From: Alphaproteobacteria bacterium
GTDB taxonomy: Bacteria > Pseudomonadota > Alphaproteobacteria > GCA-2731375
Length of the DNA: 56,208 nucleotides
NCBI GenBank assembly: GCA_041940205.1
Contig: JBGTSP010000003.1
Span: forward strand, 1 to 56,208
Direction of reading: 5' to 3'
Below, piece after piece: positions 47,143 through 56,208 of this stretch. Within the stretch, counting starts at the first letter, position 1. Every line of letters starts with the position of its first letter. A model generated the notes under the pieces. The model saw only the letters and a program-made list of their open reading frames with translations, was not told where the DNA came from and made no database searches. Made by a program: the position numbers and the translations under genes.

Positions 47143-47258
47143 GGCGAGCGCGTCCTCGGGCCGGTCGGGGACACCGTCAGCATAGCCCGCGACCGTGCCT
47201 GCGGCCATGTCGCCGCGGCATTCGGCGGGGCCGCGCGCTCCCGCGCGGCCGCGGTCCG

Positions 47259-48053
47259 TCAGCGCAGCAGGCCCTGGCCCAGGATGCGCACGCTGCCGCC
47301 GACACCGGCGACCCGGCGAAGCTGGTAGAAGCCGCCCTCATGCACCTGGCAGTGAAGCTGGTCGCCGCCGCCGCCGGCCAGCACCACGGTCCGGACGTCG
47401 AAACCCTCGCGCGGGGCGCCGAGCACGCGCAGGTTCCCGTCGGTGGCGCCGATCGCCCGCGCGGCGGCCTGCCGGCAAAGGTCGGTCAGGTCGCGGGCTT
47501 CGGGCCGCTCCAGCCGGGTCCGCTTCAGGCCCTGCGTGTCGACCAGTTCGATAACCCGCCGGTTGAGCCGGGGGCCGGGCTTGTAGCTGTAGGCGACGCG
47601 ATAGCCGTTCAGCGTCATGCTCTCGGAGTTCTGCGAGAAGAACAGCGCGGTCAGCCGCCCGGCGTGACCCGGCAGAAAGCGCTCGGCCAGCGTCCGCACG
47701 AAGGCTTCCGCGACCGCCCGGTCGGCGGCCTGCGGAACCTTGCGGCCGGCCCGCGACGGATCGTGCCATTCGCGCCACTCGAGCTGCAGCCGGGCGGGAC
47801 GGCGGCCGACCGGCTCGCCGTCGCCGATCCGCAGGCGCACGGTCTTCCAGTTGCCGCCGACGCACAGCGCTTCGGGACCCTGGCGGGCCGCCCCTGTGCC
47901 GTGCCGGATCATGGCGCAGTCGAAACCCGACAGCGCCTTTCTCGTTTCGGGACGGAGCGCGCCGAGGCCGCCGGTCGCGGCCTGGACGCCGGCAGCGGCG
48001 AAACCGCAGAAAACGGCGAGAAAGATCAGAAGAGCGGGAGTTTTGCGAGACAT
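47259..48053 (-). CDS. Secreted hypothetical protein, paralog of 46318..47142
   Basis: Signal peptide, LQLEWREWH, ADRAVA and four Cys in the mature part. Confidence 0.7.
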   Translation of the reverse strand: MSRKTPALLIFLAVFCGFAAAGVQAATGGLGALRPETRKALSGFDCAMIRHGTGAARQGPEALCVGGNWKTVRLRIGDGEPVGRRPARLQLEWREWHDPSRAGRKVPQAADRAVAEAFVRTLAERFLPGHAGRLTALFFSQNSESMTLNGYRVAYSYKPGPRLNRRVIELVDTQGLKRTRLERPEARDLTDLCRQAAARAIGATDGNLRVLGAPREGFDVRTVVLAGGGGDQLHCQVHEGGFYQLRRVAGVGGSVRILGQGLLR

Positions 48054-48233
48054 TTGCAGGGCTTTTTAGGTGTTTTCCTGCAGGCTTTTACGCAAGTTCG
48101 ATGCCAAGTCCGATCAAGCAGTTAGGGCGTTTTCCTGTTCCGTTTCGGCAACCGCGGGCGCGCGCATAGGCTCGCCCGGCCGCGGAAATTTTCGGACCGG
48201 ACGGGCGTCCGCGCGTGGGGGCCGACCGTCCGG

Positions 48234-49073
48234 TCAGTCGCCGTCGACGACGAGCATCTTCTGCAGGGCCTCGCGGCGCATCTCGGTCTCCGACCACATC
48301 CGGCCGCCGGTCAGGCCCCCGTCGACCACCAGCGCATGGCCGTTGACGAAGCTCGAGGCGTTGCTGGCAAGCCAGAGCGCGGCTTCCGCGATGTCGTCGG
48401 GCGAGCCGGCCCGGCGGATCGGCTGCATCTGCGCCAGCAGCGGCTGCATGCGGACCGCGGACTGCTGTGCCGCCTCGGCCGACTGGCCCATCGCGGTGCC
48501 GAAGATCGCCGTGGCGATGCCGCCGGGACAGATGCAGTTCACCCGCACGCCCTTCTCGCCCAGTTCCAGCGCCGTCGTCTGGGTCAGGTGTTTCACCGCG
48601 GCCTTGCAGGCGCTGTAGACATGCGGGCCGAAACCGCCCGACAGCGCCGCCACGCTGGCGGTGTTGATGATCGAACCCTCGCCCTGCCCGACCATCACCC
48701 GGCCGGCATGCTTGATGCCGGCCAGCACGCTGCGCAACAGCACGCCGACGGTATCGTCGAAGGCCGCCAGATCGGTTTCCAGCACGGAACCGCCGACACC
48801 GGGCACGCCGGCGTTCGAGAACATGCAGTCCAGCCGGCCGAAGGTTGCGACCGCCGCGCCGACGGCGGCCTCGATGGCGGCCTCGTCGCGCACGTCGACC
48901 TGGCGAAACAGGGCCGCCTCACCGAGCGGTTCGGCCACGCGGGCGCCGAGCTCGGCGTTGTAGTCGGCCAGCACGACCTTCGCCCCTTCCTGCACGAACA
49001 GGCGCGCGCTCGCCGCCCCGATGCCGCTCGCCGCTCCGGTGATCAGCGCCACCTTGCCTTGCAGTCGTCCCAT
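48234..49073 (-). CDS. Short-chain dehydrogenase/reductase
   Basis: TGAASGIG, SNAG, YSACK and VNCICPG. ATG 49073. Confidence 0.92.
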   Translation of the reverse strand: MGRLQGKVALITGAASGIGAASARLFVQEGAKVVLADYNAELGARVAEPLGEAALFRQVDVRDEAAIEAAVGAAVATFGRLDCMFSNAGVPGVGGSVLETDLAAFDDTVGVLLRSVLAGIKHAGRVMVGQGEGSIINTASVAALSGGFGPHVYSACKAAVKHLTQTTALELGEKGVRVNCICPGGIATAIFGTAMGQSAEAAQQSAVRMQPLLAQMQPIRRAGSPDDIAEAALWLASNASSFVNGHALVVDGGLTGGRMWSETEMRREALQKMLVVDGD

Positions 49074-49214
49074 CTCCGGCCCTCTCCTGGTTAAATCACT
49101 CGCTTTAGATATTTGAATGCTGCTATGCTGCCGCGCAACGGACAACGAGTCGCACGCGCCGGAGGACAGACCCCGGCGCCGCACCGCGAACAGCAGGACG
49201 GGAGACGCCTTAGC

Positions 49215-50447
<1,233 letters not shown>

Positions 50448-50557
50448 CGCCCGCGCCCGCGCCCGCCCGCGCGGTGGCACGCCCCGGCCCGCTTCTGTAG
50501 ACTGATTCGCACTGCCCGCGGGCCCGAAAATCCGCGCGCGCGAACAACAGGACGGGC

Positions 50558-51310
50558 ATGAAGTTTTTTGTCGATACCGCGGATGTGGCGGAAATCAGGG
50601 ACCTGTCGGCGACCGGTCTGCTCGACGGCGTGACCACCAATCCGTCGCTGATGGCGAAGTCCGGCCGGGACGTCTTCGAGGTCCTGGCGGAGATCTGCGA
50701 GGCCGTCGACGGCCCGGTCAGCGCCGAGGTCACCGCGACCGATAGCGAAGGCATGATCGCCGAAGGCGAACGGCTGGCTGCCATCGCCGACAATATCTGC
50801 GTGAAGGTGCCGCTCACCTGGGACGGGCTGAAGGCCTGCCGGGCGCTCACCGGCGCGGGCAGGCAGGTCAATGTCACGCTGTGTTTCTCGGCCAACCAGG
50901 CGCTCCCCTGGGCTGGCCTGCGCGCCACGCGGGCCTTTTCGGACGAGGGCATCCGCACCAATGTGACCCTCTGCTTCTCGGCGGCCCAGGCCATGCTGGC
51001 GGCCAAGGCCGGGGCCAGCTTCATCTCGCCCTTTGTCGGCCGTCTCGACGATATCGGTCTCGACGGCATGGAACTGATCGACGAGATCGTCACCATCTAC
51101 GCCAACTATCCCGCGCTCTCGACCGAGGTGCTGGTGGCCTCGGTGCGGACCGTCAACCACGTCGCCGAGGCGGCCAGGCTGGGTGCCGATGTCGCCACGG
51201 TACCGCCGGGCATCCTGCGCGACCTTGTCAAGCATCCCCTGACCGACAAGGGACTCGCGGCGTTCCTGGAAGACTGGAAGAAGACCGGCCAGTCGATCCT
51301 GCCGGGCTGA
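50558..51310 (+). CDS. fsa: Fructose-6-phosphate aldolase/transaldolase with internal 30-aa duplication
   Basis: [25 protein letters not shown] (twice) and SPFVGRLDD. Confidence 0.9.
   Translation: MKFFVDTADVAEIRDLSATGLLDGVTTNPSLMAKSGRDVFEVLAEICEAVDGPVSAEVTATDSEGMIAEGERLAAIADNICVKVPLTWDGLKACRALTGAGRQVNVTLCFSANQALPWAGLRATRAFSDEGIRTNVTLCFSAAQAMLAAKAGASFISPFVGRLDDIGLDGMELIDEIVTIYANYPALSTEVLVASVRTVNHVAEAARLGADVATVPPGILRDLVKHPLTDKGLAAFLEDWKKTGQSILPG
50813..50992 (+). repeat. Diverged in-frame 90-bp tandem duplication inside fsa
   Basis: [30 protein letters not shown] followed by [30 protein letters not shown]. Confidence 0.85.
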
Positions 51311-51317
51311 CACGGCG

Positions 51318-52046
51318 ATGAGCGGCAAGGGGTCCCGAAGCGAACCGGCGGTGCCGGCGCCACCGGCGCCGAGCGACGAACAGGTCGCGGCCTTCCTGCG
51401 CGCCCGGCCCGATTTTCTGCAGACCCACGCGGACCTGATCGACGTGCTGGCGCTGCCGGCGGAGTTCAAGGGGCGCAACGTCGTGGATCTGCGTCAGGCG
51501 ATGATGGACCGCCTGCAGGACGAGCTGCAGCGCCTGCGCGATCACCGCGGCCAGCTGCTGGCCAACGCCCGCGCCAACCAGTCCGCCCAGAGCCAGACCC
51601 ACCGGGCCGTGCTGGCGATGCTGGAGGCGCCCAACTTCGAGCATCTGATCCACATCGTCACCCGCGACCTGCCGCAGATCCTGGCGGTCGACGCCGTGAC
51701 CCTCTGCGTCGAGGTGAACGGACCCGACACACTGGGACAGCCGGCCACGCCGGGCGTGCGCCGGCTCGAGCGCGGCGCCGTCGATGCGCTGATGGGTCCC
51801 GGCGAGGACCTGCTGCTGATCGACGCGGCGCCGCAGACCCGCGACGTCTTCGGCGCCGCGGCCGACCTGGTGCGCAGCCAGGCGCTGGTCCGCCTGCACA
51901 CCAGCCATACGGCGCCGGCCGGCCTGCTGGCGATCGGCTCGCGCGAGCGCACCCGCTTTCATGCGGGCCAGGGCACCGAGCTGCTGAACTTCCTGGCCCG
52001 CACGCTGGAACGGCTGATTCGCGCATGGCTGGGCCTGCCGGCCTGA
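51318..52046 (+). CDS. DUF484 family protein
   Basis: VAAFLRARPDFL, NVVDL, GLLAIGSR..RFHAGQGTELLNFLAR. Canonical position upstream of xerC. Confidence 0.88.
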   Translation: MSGKGSRSEPAVPAPPAPSDEQVAAFLRARPDFLQTHADLIDVLALPAEFKGRNVVDLRQAMMDRLQDELQRLRDHRGQLLANARANQSAQSQTHRAVLAMLEAPNFEHLIHIVTRDLPQILAVDAVTLCVEVNGPDTLGQPATPGVRRLERGAVDALMGPGEDLLLIDAAPQTRDVFGAAADLVRSQALVRLHTSHTAPAGLLAIGSRERTRFHAGQGTELLNFLARTLERLIRAWLGLPA

Positions 52047-52999
52047 AGGCACCGGCAGCCAGGCCGGTCCCGGGCGAAACGGTCCCGGCGGCGCGCGACG
52101 ACTTTCTCGACTGGTTGCTCCACGAACGCCGCTGTTCGCTGCATACGGTCGCCGCCTACCGGCGCGACATCGACGGCTTTGTCGATTTCCTGACCGGGCA
52201 CCTCGAGGCCGCGCCGACCCTTTCTGAACTGTCCGGCCTTGTGCCACGGGATTTCCGCGCCTGGTTCGCGCGGCGGCAGCGCGACGGCCTGGACCCGGCC
52301 TCCACTGCCCGCGCCCTGTCGGCGGTGCGCAGCTTCTGCCGCTATCTCGGTCGCCGCGGCGCGATCGACACATCGGTGATCGAAGGCATCCGCGCCCCCC
52401 GGCGTCCGGCGCGGGCGCCGCGCCCGCTGTCGGTGGACGACACGGCCCGGCTGCTGGACGGCGCCGCGACGCCGTCGTCCGCTGCGGACGCCGCCTGGAC
52501 CGACCGGCGCGATGTCGCGGTGCTGCTGCTGCTCTATGGCTGCGGCCTGCGGATCTCGGAAGCCCTGTCGCTGCCGCGCCGGGCGGCGCCGCTGGCGGAG
52601 ACGCTGACGATCACCGGCAAGGGCGGCAAGCAGCGCATGGTGCCGGTGCTGGCGCTGGTGCGCGAGGCGGTGGAGGACTATCTGGCGGCCTGTCCGCGAA
52701 CGCTGGATCGGGAGGGACCGCTGTTCGTCGGGGTCCGCGGCGGCCGGCTCAACCCCCGGCAGGTCCAGAAGCGCCTGGCGACGCTGCGCGCGGTCCTCGG
52801 CCTTCCGGCGGATGCGACGCCGCACGCCCTCCGCCATTCCTTCGCCACCCACCTGCTTGGCGACGGCGCCGACCTGCGGACCATCCAGGACCTGCTGGGA
52901 CACGCCAGCCTGTCGACGACCCAGCGCTACACCGACGTCGATGTCGCCCGCATGATGGCGGTCTACCGCGACGCCCATCCGCGCGCCCGCGGCGACTGA
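52025..52999 (+). CDS. xerC: Tyrosine recombinase XerC
   Basis: LYGCGLRISE, GKGGKQR, HALRHSFATHLL and LLGHASLSTTQRYT. DUF484 synteny. Confidence 0.9.
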   Translation: MAGPAGLKAPAARPVPGETVPAARDDFLDWLLHERRCSLHTVAAYRRDIDGFVDFLTGHLEAAPTLSELSGLVPRDFRAWFARRQRDGLDPASTARALSAVRSFCRYLGRRGAIDTSVIEGIRAPRRPARAPRPLSVDDTARLLDGAATPSSAADAAWTDRRDVAVLLLLYGCGLRISEALSLPRRAAPLAETLTITGKGGKQRMVPVLALVREAVEDYLAACPRTLDREGPLFVGVRGGRLNPRQVQKRLATLRAVLGLPADATPHALRHSFATHLLGDGADLRTIQDLLGHASLSTTQRYTDVDVARMMAVYRDAHPRARGD

Positions 53000-53014
53000 C
53001 GGGCAGCCCGCGTT

Positions 53015-54226
53015 TCAGCGCGACGTCCCGGCGTCGCGGGTCAGGAACAGCAGGGCGAGCGGTGCGATCAGGGCCATGGCGCCCATGCTCGCGAATGCCG
53101 CGCCCCAGGCGAACGCGGCGTCGGGTCCTCCGGCGGCGTCGAGGGCGAGGCCGGGAAGGAGCGATCCGAGAAAGGCGAAGCCGAAGCCCGCCATCGAGTG
53201 CACGGCCATGGTCGCGCCCTTCTGGGCCGGCAGGGCGTAGGCGATCGTGCCGCTGGTGATGGCCGAGGAGTCGGCCATGATCAGGGCGCCGTAAAGCGCC
53301 AGCAGGGCGACCACGAGGCCGAACGGCAGACCGCTGGAGAAGCCGACGCCCATCGCCAGCGCCGCGCTCGCCAGCATCAGCACGCAGACCGTGCGCCGCC
53401 GCCCCAGCCGCAGGGCCGCCTCGTTGCCGAGAATGCTGGCCGGCGTGCCCAGCAGGTTGAGCCCGGCGGCAATCGCCGTGACCGACCACCAGTCGGCGGC
53501 ATCCCCGGGCTGCCGGGCCAGGGCGAAGGCAAGAAAGGCGACCAGCCAGGCCCGGTAGCCGAAGATCTCCCAGCTGTGGGCGGCATAGGCCAGGATGTAA
53601 CCCAGCGCCGGTCGGTTGCGCAGGACCGGGCGAAAGTCGAGCAGCGCGGTCTCGGGCGTCGCGGCGGGGGCCGGCTGCGGACGCAGGGCCAGCGCGGCGA
53701 CGACCCCGCCGAGGGCGATGCCCAGCGTGGTCAGCATGAACGCGCCCTGCCAGCCGACCTGTTCGGCAAGCAGTCCGGCGACGAGATAGGACGCGCTGGA
53801 GCCCACCGCGAAGGAGGCGGTGTAGAAGGACACCGCGCGCGGCTGGGCGCTCTCCGGCAGCCGGTCGGTCAGCGCCTTCAGTCCCGGCATGTAGGTACCG
53901 GCCAGGCCGGCGCCGGCCAGCAGCCGCAGCGGTGCGGCGCTCCAGAAGTCCCGGGCCAGAAAGGCGAAGGCGAGAGTGGCGAACAGCGTCAGGCCGACCG
54001 AGACGAGGTAGATACGTCGCGCGTCGATGCGGTCGGTCAGCGCGGTCAGGACCGGCACCGCCAGCATGTAACCGGCCGAGAACAGCCCGTTCAGCCAGCC
54101 TGCCTCCGTCCCGCTCAGCCGCCATTCCGCCATGAAGGTCGGCAGCAGCGCCGGGAAGGTGGCGAAGGACAGCATGCTCAGCGTCTCCGCCAGGCAGAGC
54201 GCGGCGATCAGCCTCGCGTTTGTCAT
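53015..54226 (-). CDS. MFS transporter
   Basis: About 12 TMs, LTDRIDARR and YMPGLKALTD. Confidence 0.88.
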   Translation of the reverse strand: MTNARLIAALCLAETLSMLSFATFPALLPTFMAEWRLSGTEAGWLNGLFSAGYMLAVPVLTALTDRIDARRIYLVSVGLTLFATLAFAFLARDFWSAAPLRLLAGAGLAGTYMPGLKALTDRLPESAQPRAVSFYTASFAVGSSASYLVAGLLAEQVGWQGAFMLTTLGIALGGVVAALALRPQPAPAATPETALLDFRPVLRNRPALGYILAYAAHSWEIFGYRAWLVAFLAFALARQPGDAADWWSVTAIAAGLNLLGTPASILGNEAALRLGRRRTVCVLMLASAALAMGVGFSSGLPFGLVVALLALYGALIMADSSAITSGTIAYALPAQKGATMAVHSMAGFGFAFLGSLLPGLALDAAGGPDAAFAWGAAFASMGAMALIAPLALLFLTRDAGTSR

Positions 54227-54290
54227 TGCCCCCTCTCTCCGCGACCGCTCTGCCCCTTCTACCATCGTCGTCGCCGGTCCGGGACTTGAA

Positions 54291-54329
54291 ATAGTTCAAC
54301 GATAAACGATATATAGTTCAACGTTGAAC
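54291..54329. promoter_or_regulatory. Tandem operator-like repeats upstream of the Acg/MarR operon
   Basis: ATAGTTCAACG at 54291 and 54313. The second copy extends to the perfect palindrome GTTCAACGTTGAAC (54316-54329) just before the AAGGAGG RBS. Confidence 0.65.
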
Positions 54330-54342
54330 AAAGGAGGTGGCC

Positions 54343-55488
54343 ATGGCCCTGTCACGACGTTCCATCCTGATCACCGGCGGCGCCCTCGCCGGGGCATTCG
54401 CGGTTGGCGGCGCCTATTTCTTCACCCGGACACCCACGGCGGCGCTGCGCCCCTGGCAGGCGGCCGGCGATCCCGTGGAGCCGCGCCTGAAGGCGCTGTC
54501 CTACGCCATTCTCGCGCCCAATCCCCACAACCGGCAGCCCTGGCTGATCGAGCTGGCGGGCGAGGACCGGGTGCGGCTGTTCTGCCAGCTCGAACGGCGA
54601 CTGCCGGAAACCGACCCCTTCGATCGGCAGATCACCATCGGCATGGGCTGTTTCCTCGAGATGCTGCGTCTCGCCGCCGCGGCGCAGGGCTGGCGGCTCG
54701 AGATCGCCGCCTTTCCCGAGGGCGAACCGGCGCCGCGCCTGGACGAACGACCGGTGGCCGACATCCGCTTTGTTCGCGACACCGGCGTCCGCCCGGATCC
54801 GCTGTTCGCGCATGCCCTCGCCCGGCGCTCGCTGAAGGAAAACTTCGATACCGCGCGGCCGGTCGCGCCCGGCCTGCTGACCGAGCTGCTCGGCCAGGTG
54901 GCAACGCCGGTGCGGGCCGGCGGCAGCGTGGCGACGGACGACGTCGCCGTCCTTCGCGCGCTGACCTGGCAGGCGCACGAGCGCGAGACCCGGACCCATC
55001 GCACCAACATGGAAAGCGTCCGGCTGATGCGCATCGGCAAGCGCGAGATCGAGGCCAACCCGGACGGTATCGATCTGGGCGGTGCATTCCTGGAGACCCT
55101 GAACCGCCTCGGCATGTTGGATCGCGAGCAGCTCGCCGATCCGGACTCCCAGGCCTTCCGGCAGGGCCACGAGATGTACCGGGAGATGCTGGGGAGCGCG
55201 ATGGGTCACGTCTGGCTGATCACCCCGGGGAACAGCCGGGGCGAACAGCTGGCGAGCGGCGCGGCCTGGCTGCGGGTCAACCTCGCGGCGACGGGCCTCG
55301 GCCTGGGTCTGCATCCGCTCAGCCAGGCGCTGCAGGAGTTTCCCGAGATGGCGGACCTGCACGCCGATGTGCATGCCCGGCTGGCTCCGGACGGCGGGCG
55401 CGTGCAGATGCTGGGACGCATCGGCTATGGTCCGGCGGTGAACGCCAGTCCGCGCTGGCCGCTCGAGAGCCGGGTGCGTTCCGCCTGA
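54343..55488 (+). CDS. Acg-family FMN-binding oxidoreductase with twin-arginine signal
   Basis: SRRSIL Tat motif, APNPHNRQPW, GCFLE and HPLSQALQE. RBS before ATG 54343. Confidence 0.85.
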   Translation: MALSRRSILITGGALAGAFAVGGAYFFTRTPTAALRPWQAAGDPVEPRLKALSYAILAPNPHNRQPWLIELAGEDRVRLFCQLERRLPETDPFDRQITIGMGCFLEMLRLAAAAQGWRLEIAAFPEGEPAPRLDERPVADIRFVRDTGVRPDPLFAHALARRSLKENFDTARPVAPGLLTELLGQVATPVRAGGSVATDDVAVLRALTWQAHERETRTHRTNMESVRLMRIGKREIEANPDGIDLGGAFLETLNRLGMLDREQLADPDSQAFRQGHEMYREMLGSAMGHVWLITPGNSRGEQLASGAAWLRVNLAATGLGLGLHPLSQALQEFPEMADLHADVHARLAPDGGRVQMLGRIGYGPAVNASPRWPLESRVRSA

Positions 55489-55507
55489 GGCCTGCCGAGG
55501 ATCCGCG

Positions 55508-55969
55508 ATGCCCGACCGTCCGCCGCCGCGTCCCGACGATCCGCTGATCTTCGAGTTCTTCAACGAGATCGGCATCATCGACCAGCTCGCCAGCACGCAT
55601 TTCGAGCGGGTGATGCCGTCGGGACTGCGGCTGCCGCACTTCTCGGTGCTCAACAACCTGACCCGGCTCGGGGGCGACAAGACCCCGGCGCAGCTTGCGC
55701 GCGCCTTCCAGGTCACCAAGGGCGCGATGACGAACACCCTGCAGCGCCTCGAGCACGCCGGCTATGTCACGGTTTCGCCCGACGGCAGCGACGGCCGGCG
55801 CAAGCGGGTCAACATCACGCCAGAGGGCCGCGCCGTGCGCGATCGCGCGATCGCGGCGCTGCTGCCCGAGGCCGAAAGCCTGCTGGCGGAGGTCTCGGAA
55901 GGTTCGCTGCGCCGGCTCCTGCCGACGCTGCGCCGGATCCGGCAGATCCTCGATGCCGCGCGGGACTGA
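55508..55969 (+). CDS. MarR family transcriptional regulator
   Basis: TPAQLARAFQVTKGAMTNTLQRLE and DGRRKRVNITPEG. Confidence 0.9.
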   Translation: MPDRPPPRPDDPLIFEFFNEIGIIDQLASTHFERVMPSGLRLPHFSVLNNLTRLGGDKTPAQLARAFQVTKGAMTNTLQRLEHAGYVTVSPDGSDGRRKRVNITPEGRAVRDRAIAALLPEAESLLAEVSEGSLRRLLPTLRRIRQILDAARD

Positions 55970-55989
55970 ACGTTCCGGTCCGCGCCGGG

Positions 55990-56208
55990 TCAGATCTTCC
56001 GGCCGGCCTGCTCCCAGTGGGCGTCGCGCAGCTTGCGCTTGAAGATCTTGCCGGAATCCTCGCGCGGCAGGGCGTCGTGGAACTCGACAAGGCGGGGCAC
56101 CTTGAAGCGGGCGAGGCGGGCCTGCAGAAACGCCCGGATCTCGTCCGCGTCCGCCGGCCCCTCGACCTGCACCGCCGCCGCCACCGCCTCGCCGAACTCG
56201 TCGTCGGG
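55990..56208 (-). CDS. Acyl-CoA synthetase/AMP-binding protein, C-terminal fragment (truncated by window)
   Basis: PDDEFGEAVAA...LARFKVPR...LPREDSGKIFKR. Confidence 0.85.
   Translation of the reverse strand, partial: PDDEFGEAVAAAVQVEGPADADEIRAFLQARLARFKVPRLVEFHDALPREDSGKIFKRKLRDAHWEQAGRKI

Noticed and set aside
50448-50472. CGCCCG short tandem repeat after the P450 gene
   Set aside because: Only 3-4 units of low-complexity GC, with no terminator U-tract or spacer structure.
52025-52999. Tyrosine recombinase as a prophage or island integrase
   Set aside because: The DUF484-xerC context is the housekeeping arrangement. No att sites, tRNA or phage genes are present.

Overview
GC-rich alphaproteobacterial chromosome segment; the taxon is inferred from mmcB, DUF484-xerC, fsa and a CtrA-like box. 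About 45 kb is devoted to surface-glycan and biofilm functions. (1) A minus-strand nonulosonic-acid operon carries an EPS-type MarR regulator, an RfaH/NusG paralog, an M20 amidohydrolase, neuB, neuC, a 2-hydroxyacid dehydrogenase, a TPP enzyme, a Gfo/Idh/MocA oxidoreductase and neuA. An inverted methyltransferase and a partial ABC exporter follow it. (2) A LapB/LapC-like type I secretion pair is flanked by Sel1-repeat, nucleotidyltransferase and unknown genes. (3) A Vps-like export module consists of a secreted CBM-like protein, an OM beta-barrel, a short OPX, Wzc, a VpsP-like TPR protein, an O-antigen ligase-family protein and WcaJ. (4) A LapG-like protease is divergent from a membrane-bound, catalytically degenerate HD-GYP protein. 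(5) An AlgL-like lyase is divergent from a coupled operon of Wzy-like protein, GT, gmhA, hldE, heparinase II/III, algD, GT4 and VanZ. The last ~10 kb is mostly housekeeping: mmcB, two paralogous secreted unknowns, SDR, P450, fsa with a 30-aa internal duplication, DUF484, xerC, MFS, Acg oxidoreductase, MarR and a partial acyl-CoA synthetase. The best candidates for novel biology are a Lap-type adhesin switch using a dead HD-GYP in place of LapD, and a sialic-acid pathway with a redox/TPP tailoring trio. No RNA genes, IS elements or CRISPR arrays were seen. All calls come from motif recognition by eye; no database searches were run.
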